A stretch of 64,000 nt of DNA from Octopus sinensis. Taxonomy: Eukaryota. The translations under genes and the position numbers were made by a program. Shown in pieces: positions 1-11,214 of the stretch; within the stretch, counting starts at the first letter, position 1; each line of letters starts with the position of its first letter. The stretch spans positions 77,004,001-77,068,000 of the forward strand of contig NC_043004.1 of NCBI RefSeq assembly GCF_006345805.1, written 5' to 3'. Below the pieces are notes generated by a model. It saw only the letters and a program-made list of their open reading frames with translations, was not told the DNA's origin and searched no databases.

Positions 1-271
1 TACTTTTCAAATAGGACCATCTTGATCAAATTCCTTTCTTATGACAATCAGTTTATTGCGATTCTGATGAATATATTGAAAAGTGATTGTTCTCTATTCT
101 TTCAGTTGATCCCCACTGCTCGTTGCTTGGGATGACATTTTGCACACTCCATCTGCCACCTTGGAGATTACAACTATCATGTAATCCCAGAGACCCCAGA
201 AACAACTGTCGGACCTGAGATAATTCTCCATTTAGTTTTCTGTACTTTTTGTATTCCAAATTTTTCAACTT

Positions 272-360
<89 letters not shown>

Positions 361-494
361 TTTATAGAAGGAGCTTCTACAGGACTAGAACTGTTTCATT
401 CAGATGAAAGCTCCTTCTATAAAATAAATTACTTTACTCTGCTATGTATTGAGTACCTTATTTACTGTGGTTAACCCCGACTCAACCCGGGACC

Positions 495-542
<48 letters not shown>

Positions 543-581
543 TAGATAGATAGATCTATATACATATATACGTACATACAT

Positions 582-1361
582 GTCATCACGGAATTATCTA
601 CTGATGAGATATAATGTTGTAGCTAGGATGCTGTATAATGAGATCCATTGGAAGGCTAATCCCGAGGCCAAAGAAATAAGAACGTACAATATGATAGAAG
701 CCATAGCCACTCATAATAAAAAGGAGTGCTGGTGAAATGTCTCAATGAAAACTTCAATTAGATGTAAACATAATAGACCTGACATAGTAATTTGGGATTG
801 AGAAGAAAAACTGTGCGGTTGTCGAAATCAGCTGCGCAGCGGATGTAAACATAAAGCTAAAGTTCAGCGAAAAAGAAAATACTTACGCTGAACTATTGAG
901 AAATCTACGGCTACTCTATCCAGATTACAAGTACAGGTTCATACCTGTAATTATTGGAGCACTGAAATATGTAACACGCTGCCTAAATACCAATGTTGAG
1001 AAATTAGGTTTCTCAAACCAGAATGGAGAAAGCTGATACGAAGACTACAGATCCATTCCATCACTGGAACATTAAAAATCTGCAAAACTTTCCAGAAGTT
1101 TATCATTTAAGTATATATGAGCATGTCTAGATATACAGCTATATGCATGAGAATAACCTTCATAAAACAAAACATACAAATCTGCACATATACATACATG
1201 CATGCATGCATGCATACATACATACATACATACATACATACATACAAAAATACCCTGTTGGTGTTCTTGAAATTCCAATGAAGGAGCCCTAGATCTAGGT
1301 TAGTAACCGGCTCTTTCACTATTGGCAAGAAATCTTGAACTAATACTGAATAATGACATAA
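582..1361 (+). mobile_element. R4/Dong-clade non-LTR retrotransposon, 5'-truncated 3' end (restriction-like endonuclease domain + 3' UTR)
   Basis: Manual translation of 582-1110 with stops/frameshifts: YLLMRYNVVARMLY..W*..HNRPDIVIWD..VVEISC..KENTYAELL..FIPVIIGAL..LQIHSITGTLKICKTF. This matches the RHNxV / NRPD-I / PVIIGAL RLE signature. The 3' UTR ends AATAATGACATAAATC and runs into (CATA)n. Confidence 0.85.
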
Positions 1362-1511
1362 ATCCATACATACATACATACATACATATTCTTTCTTCGA
1401 TTCTTTCCTTTTATGATTTCAGGCAGAGGTTGTGGTCATGTATTAGCGTTAAATGCAAGTTTAGTTTTGGCTCATTTTCTAGTCCTGTCTCTGGAATAGG
1501 TCCCAATAAAG

Positions 1512-3275
1512 CAGTAAGTGGTACAAAGTTTCTCTTCTTTACGTTTCTTGCTGCCTCAGATAAAAAATTGTCTAAACGTTCTTTGAGAACATCTACACTT
1601 TGTATATCTCTGAGGCCTTTTGACAAGGTATTGAAAAGTTGAGGGATATTGAATCCTAAGCTGGAACCGTACAGGGGCCTTACTCTAGACGAAGATGGTG
1701 AGATTTTTAGTACTGTACAACGGCGTCCTGTTCGGTGATTGGTATACCTCTCAATCGCAAAATTTGGAGCTAGATTTTCCAGAATCTTCCATGTATATAT
1801 CACTATATATCTTTCACGTCTTCTCTCTAAGTAAAGTCTTAATTCTTTCAGCCTCCCCCACTAGCTCTTCTTGAATTGCCTCGAGTTTTGCTGTTAGTTT
1901 GACGCTTGGTAGCAACCATAATTGGGTGTAGTAATCCAGGCGAACGAGAACGAATGTTCTCCACTGGAGCAGCAGGGTTTTCATTTAATAATCTGAATAA
2001 TCTAAGAATCCAACCAGTCAGTCGCCTACACATTGTTGCCATCTGAGTAATATGCACACAGAATGATGCATCGGCACTCATGTGGATTCCAATGTCACGC
2101 ACCGGCTCTGACTCTGGAACAGCAAGACCCCCTGGTCCTTTATTCTGATTGCAATCTGTTGGTGGGTCGAAAGCGGAGTGCGTGAAGCTTGTCAGCATTA
2201 CTGCATGTTTTCTTCAGCCCTGCTGTATGTTGTGTTCGGGTCTTTCTTTAGTTTTTCATTATGATCAAGGTCCTTGACGGCTTGTGATATTTTTGTATCA
2301 TGAGCACGGCTGGCGAGAGAGGATGACTGTAGGAGCTACCACAAACATTGGTGGACCAGTACAGTTCTCCGAGGGATACCATTTAATATTGATATCTCCT
2401 CAATGAAAGCACAATTGGTTGCGACTGATTTTATCTTTTTAAAAAGCCATGCAGTGACTCCCCTGAATTTTCCAATGATACCAAGGTCACGTTTGTGACA
2501 TATTTATTATCCCATAATCGAGTTCGTCAACGGTCTTAACCGCATCTAAACGGTTCAGTCATAATACTGCAGTCGCTGTGTGAGGCAGCTGCTTCATAGA
2601 TGGAAGCTGTGCTACGTGTTTATGAGCAAGCTGTTTTCTTTTTGGAACGCGATTAGCTTCCTTATGACCGTACATTCCATCACTTTGCTAACCGGAGAGA
2701 TAAACCTGCAATTCTTAACATCTGCTCTGCTTCTTTAATTATGAATAGAGCAAGTGATACATTCTTTCAACATTATGTTTGTCACATACGAGGAAAGTCT
2801 GGAAAAGAGTCTGCAGTGGTTTTGCGAAAGCCTGCTTGAATGTCTTCAAAAGAACAACTGGAAAACAATCAAAGGCCGACGTTTGGCTCCAATTCATCTC
2901 ATCAATGGCCATTATTACATCCTCTTCTTTCATATCGATATAATCGATGATTTTCTCATCCCTGTATGGATCTGCGGTGTTGAAGAAATCAACAGATTTG
3001 CTTATTTGCATATATGCCACCGAAGAGGTGAAAACACTTTAGGGTCGCTTATTTCAGGGTCTGCAGTTAGTGAGCCATTTTCGTCAGACAATACCCCCTC
3101 TTCTGATGCAGTGAGGCAGATTATTTTGCAAATTTCTAGAAGGCTTTAGGATCTATCTTGTAATTTCAACCGCCCTAGTTTTCTTTTACTTAGTTTTCCG
3201 TTTGATGGGAGATTTTGAATTTATTTTCCATCTTTGTAAGGGCATTTTTGGGACGTCTCGCCGTCATTAAATTGT
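1512..3275 (-). mobile_element. CR1-group LINE ORF2 fragment (RT and C-terminal region), degraded
   Basis: ORF-track pieces 2739-3020 (EEDVIMAIDEM..DCFPVVLLK..AKPLQTLF), 1848-2198 (VRDIGIHMSADASFCVHI..TGWILRLF) and 1411-1803 (IYTWKILENLAPN..PQLFNTLSKGLR..LKERLDNFL) are colinear CR1-type ORF2 segments. Confidence 0.85.
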
Positions 3276-3324
3276 TCATGTAAACGATTTGAGACTTCCA
3301 TTCTTCGTCTCATAAGGACGGTGC

Positions 3325-3717
3325 TGTTGATGGTGGTGGTGTTGGTGTTGAGCGAATCGGTCTTCGTCCCAGAGCTCGCAGTGGGGGAAGTCCGAATCGT
3401 GGTCCTTTGCTATTCGTAAGACCCGCAGAAGAGAAAGCAGGTCAACCCCCGACACCGAGAGCATCGACGGATGGATGAAGACACATCCAGGCTCAGCGGT
3501 TGCGTAGGAAGTTGGGAGACAAGAAACAGGAAGAAAGAGTGAGAGAAAGTTGGAGTGAAAGAGTACAACAGGAGTCGTCACCACCCCCTGCCGGAGCCTC
3601 GTGAAGCTTTAGGTGCTTTCGCTCAATAAACACACACAACGCCCAGTCTGGAAATCGAAACCGCGATCCTCCGACCTCGAGTCCGCTGCCTTAACCACCT
3701 GGCCATTGTGCCTCCAC
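3325..3717 (-). mobile_element. tRNA-derived SINE (third family)
   Basis: Reverse complement begins GTGGAGGCACAATGGCCAGGTGGTTAAGG (A-box-like) ... GGTTTCGATTTCC (B-box-like), followed by a non-tRNA body. The 3' boundary is approximate. Confidence 0.7.
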
Positions 3718-4050
3718 TTTTGTTAATGCTGGTGGTGGTGGTGTTGGTGTTGTTGGTGGCGGCGGCGGCGGCGATGGTGGTGGTGGTGACACAGGTGGTC
3801 GTCTCTCGTAGACCGAGAAGAACGGTTCTGCAGTTTCTTTCTAAAAAAACCTGCACACACGTTTTGCATATAGTGATGAAATGTTTGTGCCGTACATTTG
3901 TTAATTCCTTCCATCGAATCGACGGAGCACTAGACGCTAAGTGCCGAAGGGATCGCAGGGGACGCAGTGATGAAGCGGTCAGCTGAAGAGCACAAAGCAC
4001 CAACCGATCCAGGAATCCCGAGTGCAACACCTTAAATAGGCGCTGTGCCC

Positions 4051-4121
<71 letters not shown>

Positions 4122-4129
4122 TACACAGA

Positions 4130-4167
<38 letters not shown>

Positions 4168-4221
4168 TATATATATTTACAATCAAAGACATAAACATAT
4201 ATATACATATACATATAAGAC

Positions 4222-4385
4222 TTGCTTCCACACCGTTTCCTTTTACCAGATTCACTCACAAGACACTGGTCGGTCCCTGGCTCCAGTAGAAGACAGTGGC
4301 ACCAGGTCCGTGCAGTGGGACCAAGCCCGAAACCATGGAGTTATAGAGTGAACTTATAGATCGAAACTTCTTAACTACACAAGAG
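4222..4385 (-). mobile_element. SINE-A 5' fragment, diverged
   Basis: Alignable by eye to the reverse complement of the SINE-A head seen at 23727-24124. Confidence 0.6.
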
Positions 4386-4439
4386 CGAATGCGCATATTT
4401 AGATAGATAAATAGAGAGAGAGAGAGAGAGAGAGAGATA

Positions 4440-4474
4440 GGGCAGGAGTGGTTGTGTTGTAAGTAGCTTGCTTA
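4440..4474 (+). mobile_element. SINE-A head (A-box part), left piece of an interrupted SINE
   Basis: GGGCAGGAGTGGTTGTGTTGTAAGTAGCTTGCTTA matches the SINE-A 5' end. The SINE resumes at 6606. Confidence 0.8.
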
Positions 4475-4477
4475 TCC

Positions 4478-6605
4478 AGAATGCAACACTAGTTGGTCTG
4501 GATTGTTACTGTGAGAAGATGTGAGTTTCGGCTCCATGAATAGAAAAAAAGAACAAAAAGAAAAATTGTCAACTATAGCGAGCAAAATACTGGGTTCTCA
4601 TCACCGTAACGGTGAATTGAGAATTTTTGCTTGAAAATTCTTCTTGTAAATACTAGTGGGCGTATCTCGCCAGAAAAATAAGAATAAGCCATTTGGATTA
4701 CCTTTTTAGAGTATTATACAAAGGATTCCCTGTCTGTGCTATTTGTGAGGGTTTTTTTTACTTTTCCCTTCTGTTTTTTCTTTCTTTCTAAATTTTGGTT
4801 CATTCTTTTCATTACTTTAATTTCAGTTTCCTCCCCTCCTCTTTTATTTTGTTTTATTTTTATTCGGTTTAATTGTTTGGCAGACTGTCTTTTGAACTAC
4901 TTTTGAACTGTTTTTTGACATGGCAGAGAAGGAACTTAAAAAGAAAAACTCTGTCTTAGAGTGGGAAATTAACCCGCCTAAGCAGTGGTTAAAAGATATG
5001 GAGGAGAAGACGATGGTACTTAGAACATATTCTAAAGTTCTTAATTCCATTACCGTCTTCCCAAAGCAAGTCATAAAAAAATGAACTTAAAGAACATTTG
5101 TCCTCTTTAAAATATATATCCCGTGGTGTCAAACATGCAACCGCATGGTTGCTGTTTGACAACAGGGAAAAGGCTCGCCAGTTTGAGAGTCAGCCTTTAG
5201 AAGGCAAGGAAATTCTGTTCCTTCCGTCATATTGTGGAAAAAAATTAATACGAGCCTGGGTATGTGGGTTGCCCCCGGGTACCGAAGCGGATTGGATTGA
5301 AGATACCATCCGGCGGGGACTGGGGGATGGCGGGCCCAAGCTCTTAAATGTAAGGGTATTGCCGGCGGTCGATTGGGAAGGGTCAAAAGCGATTTTGACC
5401 CTGTGGAGCCCATCGGCCGCAACAGATCTGGTTTTTCCAGATTTCTTGAAAATGACTGGCTGCAGGTATCCGGTGATACTTGAGGGATGTCCCCCAAGTG
5501 TCACTCGTGCCTGCAGCCAGGCCACATTAAAAGGAACTGCCCCCAGGACCATGGTATGGTCCTGGAACAGTCACTAGATGCCACCTCCCCTACCCGGTCA
5601 AAGGGAGAGGTGGATGTAGTCGAGGAGGCTTCAGCCTCCTCAACTCAAAAAGGATTAAAAAGTAAGAAGGTGGGCAACAATAGTTGCCCGCCGAAGGAAC
5701 CTAAGGCTTTGAGAGGCGGGGGAGAGTCTCCGGACAAAGCGGAAGAGCTCCACTCTCCTGAAGCCAGGAAGAAAAGAAAAAAAAGAAGGAAGAAGAACGG
5801 GTCATCTCAGCAGGGAGATGATGTGCCGTCTGCATGTCCCGAAGTTGTGCCACCCGCGGTGGAAGAAACCACCCTACCCTTAAAGATGATCAATTAATTA
5901 TCTTTTTCTACAAGGGCGGGGAGGTGGAAAAATTAGTAGAAGAACATAAAGAGAAAGTAGATATGCTCTTCACACGGGATCCCGAATGGCGTCCGTAGAT
6001 AACTGTGGAGGTCATAAGGTTTCCCTTATGGGAAAGGCTTAAAGGATTTGGGGAGGAGTGTCGCATATGGCCGGGTGGCCCTTACACGACTTACATGTCC
6101 TACATGAGTGAGGCATGGGAAATGGCGGGATACAGGAACTCAAGCGGCATTGAATATAATGATGAAGATATCGATGGATATATCGAAGAGTAGGAGGTGA
6201 AAGACCCTCGTTATAGGGTTTGAAACCTCATCTTATTTATTGTATTATTTGTAGTGGTTTATAACCTCAATTGTGTGTTTTAAAAAAGAAAAAAAAACAT
6301 GTTAATAAAAAGGTTTTAGTGCCTCCTTCTTGTAAGAGATTTGAAACCTCATATTGATTTTTAAAAAAAGAAAAAAAAACATGTTAATAAAAAGGTTTTA
6401 GTGCCTCCTTCTTGTAAGAGATTTGAAACCTCATATTGATTTTTAAAAAAAGAAAATATGTTTTCGAGAAAAATCCAATCGGCGGGTGTTGGGTTCCGTC
6501 TCTCATTTATTCATTCTATTTCATTTTCATTCATTAATGTATTTGTCCAGCCCGCAAAGCTACACACTCTTTGCACTGTCTATAATGATAAATTTTATGA
6601 AATAG
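4478..6605 (+). mobile_element. Tx1/L1-like non-autonomous element carrying ORF1 only (half-LINE-like)
   Basis: Flanked by the direct repeat AGTAGCTTGCTTA (4462-4474, 6606-6618). Contains about 440 bp of 5' UTR, a zinc-knuckle ORF1 and an AATAAA/A-rich 3' region. No APE or RT motifs seen. Confidence 0.8.
4920..6193 (+). pseudogene. ORF1 (gag-like, CCHC zinc knuckle) of the Tx1-like element, disrupted by about 3 frameshifts and 1 stop
   Basis: MAEKELKKK..(fs)..YCGKKLIRAWVCGLPPGTEADWIEDTI..YPVILEGCPP(fs)KCHSCLQPGHIKRNC (CX2CX4HX4C), then a basic low-complexity linker (fs) KDDQLIIFFYKGG..EWRP*ITVEVIRFPLWERL..DIDGYIEE*. Confidence 0.8.
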
Positions 6606-6982
6606 AGTAGCTTGCTTACCAACCACATGGTTCCGGGTTCATTCCCACTGCGTGGCACCTTGGGCAAGTGTCTTCTGCTATAGCCTCGGGCCGACCAAAG
6701 CCTTCTGAGTGGATTTGGTAGACGGAAACTGAAAGAAGCCCGTCGTATGTATGTATGTGTGTGTGTGTATGTGTATGTTTGTGTGTCTGTATTTGTCCCC
6801 CCCAACATCGCTTGACAACTGATGTTGTTTACGTCCCCGTAACTTAGCGGTTCGGCAAAAGAGACCGATAAAAAAGGACTAGGCTTCCAAAGAATAAGCC
6901 CTGGGGTCGATTTGCTCGACTAAAGACGGTGCTCCAGCATGGCCGCAGACAAATGACTGGAACAAGTAAGAGAGTAAAGAGA

Positions 6983-6990
<8 letters not shown>
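6606..6990 (+). mobile_element. SINE-A body and tail, right piece of the interrupted SINE
   Basis: Continues CCAACCACATGGTTCCGGGTTCATTCCC (B-box), internal (TG)n, and a tail AACAAGTAAGAGAGTAAAGAGAGTA. Confidence 0.9.
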
Positions 6991-7022
<32 letters not shown>

Positions 7023-7607
7023 ATAAATAAAGATATATACATCTTATATATATTTATATCTTATATCTATCTATGTATCTATGTATGTATGTATGTATGT
7101 ATCTATCTATCTATCCATCTATATACATATATATATGTATGTGTGGGGAAGGTGTATACATGCATTTATAGATACATATATTTACATAGTTACTCGCGCA
7201 ACTGTTAAATTGCATGTAGTATTTATAGGCCAAACTATGCGTGGTCAACCATTGCATTGCGTGTGTGTGTGTGTTTGTGTCTGTGTGTGTGTGTTTGTTT
7301 GTGTGTGTTTGTGCGTGTGTTTTATGAATATATGTATAACATGTATATATATATATATAGATATATATATACATATATGTATGTATGTGTATGTATGTAT
7401 GTATATATATATATATACATACATACACACACCTGCATACATTCATTCATACATATATTCGTATGTATGTATGTATGCATCCGTCATCACACTGGTTCTT
7501 TTCTCCCCCCCACCCCAGCAATTCTTAGTCACATTTTCTTCTTCCCTACATACTTCTCTACTCTCCTACTATTTCTCGACACTCCACCCCCTTCGCCGCA
7601 CTTGCAG

Positions 7608-7669
7608 CCGTCATTATCTACGGAATCAAAACAAGCCGATGTGGTCTTAACGCGATACAAACGCTTCAG
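7608..7669 (+). CDS. Candidate internal exon, 62 bp, product unknown
   Basis: Long pyrimidine tract + TTGCAG acceptor, CAG|GTTTTA donor (weak). Two frames are open. Confidence 0.2.
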
Positions 7670-8194
7670 GTTTTAATGCTACGCATTCAGAAGGATTTTC
7701 AATTACGTATACAGAGACGCGTACATCCGATTACGTATCCTGATACATTTCAAGCTCATTTTTCATTTAAATTGTTACACGGTATCTGTCTTACAAACTT
7801 ATAAGATAGAAACATCTTACAAGAAACAAACAGGTGACTCTAACGCCCACATTTACTTCTCAAAACACCTACGTTGAAATTATAGAATTTATATTAGCGA
7901 AAGCAATTCACTACTGCTATCAATTAAGGAAATATATTCATGACGACAACCACCAGAAAAATAACTGTTTCTTCTTTAAATCATCTACTCGTCGATCTGC
8001 TTATCAACCCAACATCACTTTCGATGGGATGAAATTCTCAAAGCCTGATATAGGAAAGCTAAAGGTAAAAGAACTTTTTTTTTGTTTTTCACACACATCA
8101 ACGTAGGATTTCAAGTTTTTGTAAAGTTTTGTGCGAATGTACAATTTATTCTAACAAACACGTCGATATTGTTATCTTACACGCGCGCGATCAT

Positions 8195-8238
8195 ATATAT
8201 GTGTAAATGTGTGTGAGTGTGTGTGTACGTGTATATAT

Positions 8239-8283
<45 letters not shown>

Positions 8284-9535
8284 TATAATATGTATATATG
8301 TATATATATGTATATATATGTATATATATGTATGTATATATATTATATATAATGTATGTATTATATTAGTATATTATATGTATATATGTATGTATATATG
8401 TATGTATATATGTATGTATATATTTATGTATATATGTATGTATGTATATATGTATGTATATATATGTGTATATATATGTGTATATATATGTATATATATA
8501 TGTATATATATGTAATATATATATTATCCGTAATAATGAAGGTGAAATTAATTATTGGAATAATTATCAATTACACCAAGTAGTCTTCGGCATGTTAAAA
8601 GCCTCATTCGAGGAAATTTTAAGTATATAAGCAATAAAGGGGTTTAGCAACGAATTGCCTTACCACATACCGAATTTAGAAATAGCGTCAAAGAGTTATA
8701 GCTATTTCTTCTACTAAAAAAAGGGAGATCTCAGTAAAACAGCAATGCTGTTTTTACTGAGATCTCCCTTTTTAGTAGAAGAAATAGCTATAACGCTTTG
8801 ACTGTATTTCTAAATTCGGTATGTGGTAAGGCAATGTATATTATATATATTATATATAATGTATATATATATGTTATATATATGTATATATATATGTATA
8901 TATATATGTATATTATATGTATATATATGTATATATATATGTATATATATATGTATATATATATGTATGTATATTATATGTATATATATATGTATATATA
9001 TATGTATATATGTTATATATATGTATATATGTATATATATATGTATATATATATGTATATATATATGTATATATATATGTGTATATATAGTTTATTATAT
9101 ATATATATATAAATTGTATATATATTGTGTATCTATATATGTTATATATATGTGTATATATATGTGTATATATATATGATATATATATGTGTATATATAT
9201 GTTATTATATATGTATATATGTATATATATATATATGTATATATGTATGTATATATGATATGTATATATACATACATACATATATATATATGCATACATA
9301 TATATACATACATATATATATTATATATATATATATATATAATATATATATACACATACATATATATATATATACAAACACACACACACATATATATATA
9401 ACTACACACATAATTATATATATACATGAATATATATATGTACACGCACACACATATATACAAACACACGTATACATTAATAGATATATATATATATACA
9501 TACATGCACACACACCAAAGATGATACATATATCT
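8195..9535. repeat. Large (TA)n/(TATG)n low-complexity tracts (8195-8520 and 8836-9535)
   Basis: Directly visible. Source of many spurious Y/I/M/C-rich ORFs. Confidence 0.95.
8654..8835. repeat. 182-bp near-perfect palindrome (foldback/MITE-like)
   Basis: Arms of about 89 bp (ATTGCCTTACCACATACCGAATTTAGAAATA...CTCAGTAAAACAGC) around a 3-nt loop AAT. About 3 mismatches and 2 single-base indels. Confidence 0.9.
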
Positions 9536-9734
9536 TAATATATAAACATCTTTATTCCAAAACAGTACACAAGTTCTTATGAATTAGAAAATATCTCGGC
9601 CTGTATCTCTTGAATTGTGGTTACGCTTACGTGACTTCTTGCCATTTAAATGAAATTTTGAAAGTTAATAAATTTACCGTGTTAAACAAAACACAATGCT
9701 TCGGTGTCCAGTGAGATGATAGTACTAATAGTAA

Positions 9735-10330
9735 CAGCCCTTTCTACAATAGGTATAAGGCTTGTAATTTCGGGGGAGGAATGTGGTAGATTACATCGAC
9801 CCCTGTACTTGACTAGTGCTTATTCTATCGACACTGAAAGAATGAAAGGTAAAGTCGACATCGGCGGAATTTGAACTCAGAACATAAAGACAGACAAAAT
9901 GCCGCTAAGCATTTTACCCGGTGTACTAACGATTGTTCCAGTTCGCTGCCTTAGTAACAACAGTAATAATCCTTTCTACTAAAGGCACAAGGCCGGAAAT
10001 TTAGGGCTAGCGGACTAGTCGATTACATCGACCCCGGTGTTTAACTGGTACTTAATTTATCGACCCCGAAAGGATAAAAGGCAAAGTCTCGGCAACATTG
10101 AATTCAGGATGTAAACATGGACGAAATGTCGCTAAGCATTTTGTCCGGAGTGCTTGTTCAGGCAGCAATCAGGCAGAATCGTTCACACGACGGACAAAAT
10201 GCTTAGCGATATTTCTTCCTGCTCTTTACATTCTGAGTTCAAATTCCACCGATGAAATAAGAACCTGAACATGGATACTGTCATAATCGACTACGCAAAA
10301 TTTAAGGCCACGTGCCTACAGTAGAAGGAA
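9735..10330. mobile_element. Cluster of three older SINE-B-family fragments (two minus, one plus)
   Basis: Repeated GTCGACCCC..GAAAGGATAAAAGGCAAAGTC..GAACTCAG core in both orientations. Confidence 0.75.
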
Positions 10331-10449
10331 TTGTTATTATTGTTCATATTGTTTCCAAATACCGAGATTTCGATTTAACACCTTAAATTTACTAATACAC
10401 TTCACTTTTAGTGTTTGTATATGGATGTGTATGTACATGTACATATATA

Positions 10450-10679
10450 TTTCTTTACTACCCACAAGGGGCTAAACATAGAGGGGACAAACAAGAACAG
10501 ACAAAGGGATTAAATCGATCACATCGACTCCAGTGCATAACTGGTACTTAATTTATCGACCCCGACAGGATGAAAGGCAAAGTCGACCTCGGCGGAATTT
10601 GAACTCAGAACACTTAACGGCAGACGAAATACGGCTACGCATTTTGCCCGGCGTGCTAACGTTTCTGCCAGCTCGCCGA
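10450..10679 (-). mobile_element. SINE-B, full length
   Basis: Reverse complement GGCGAGCTGGCAGAAACGTTAGC..GAGTTCAAATTCC..CCCCTTGTGGGTAGTAAAGAAAT. Possible 9-bp TSD ACATATATA. Confidence 0.9.
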
Positions 10680-10727
10680 CATATATAAACATACATACAT
10701 ACATACATATATATATATTTACTATTT

Positions 10728-10940
10728 TTTTTACTATTTTACTTGTTTCACTCATTTGACTGTGGCCATGCTGGAACACCGCCTTTAGTCGAGCAAATCG
10801 ACCCCAGGACTTATTCTTTATAAGCCTAGTACTTATTCTATCGGTCGCTTTTGCCGAACCGCTAAGTTACCGGGACGTAAACACACCAGCATCGGTTGTC
10901 AAGCGATGTTGGGGGTGGGGGTACAAACACAGACACACAA

Positions 10941-11009
<69 letters not shown>

Positions 11010-11177
11010 TACATATATACGACGAGCTTCTTTCAGTTTCCGTCTACCAAATCCACTCACAAGGCTTTGGTCGACCTGAGGCTATAGTAGAAGACACTCG
11101 CCCAAGGTACCACGCAGTGGGACTGAACTCGGAACCATGTGGTTCGTAAACAAGCTACTTACCACACAGCCACTCCT

Positions 11178-11178
<1 letters not shown>
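10728..11178 (-). mobile_element. SINE-A, full length
   Basis: Head, internal (CA)n and tail all alignable to the other SINE-A copies. Confidence 0.9.

Positions 11179-11214
<36 letters not shown>

Noticed and set aside
64-95. CTGATGA-N7-GAAA hammerhead core
   Set aside because: No adequate stem I, II or III pairing.
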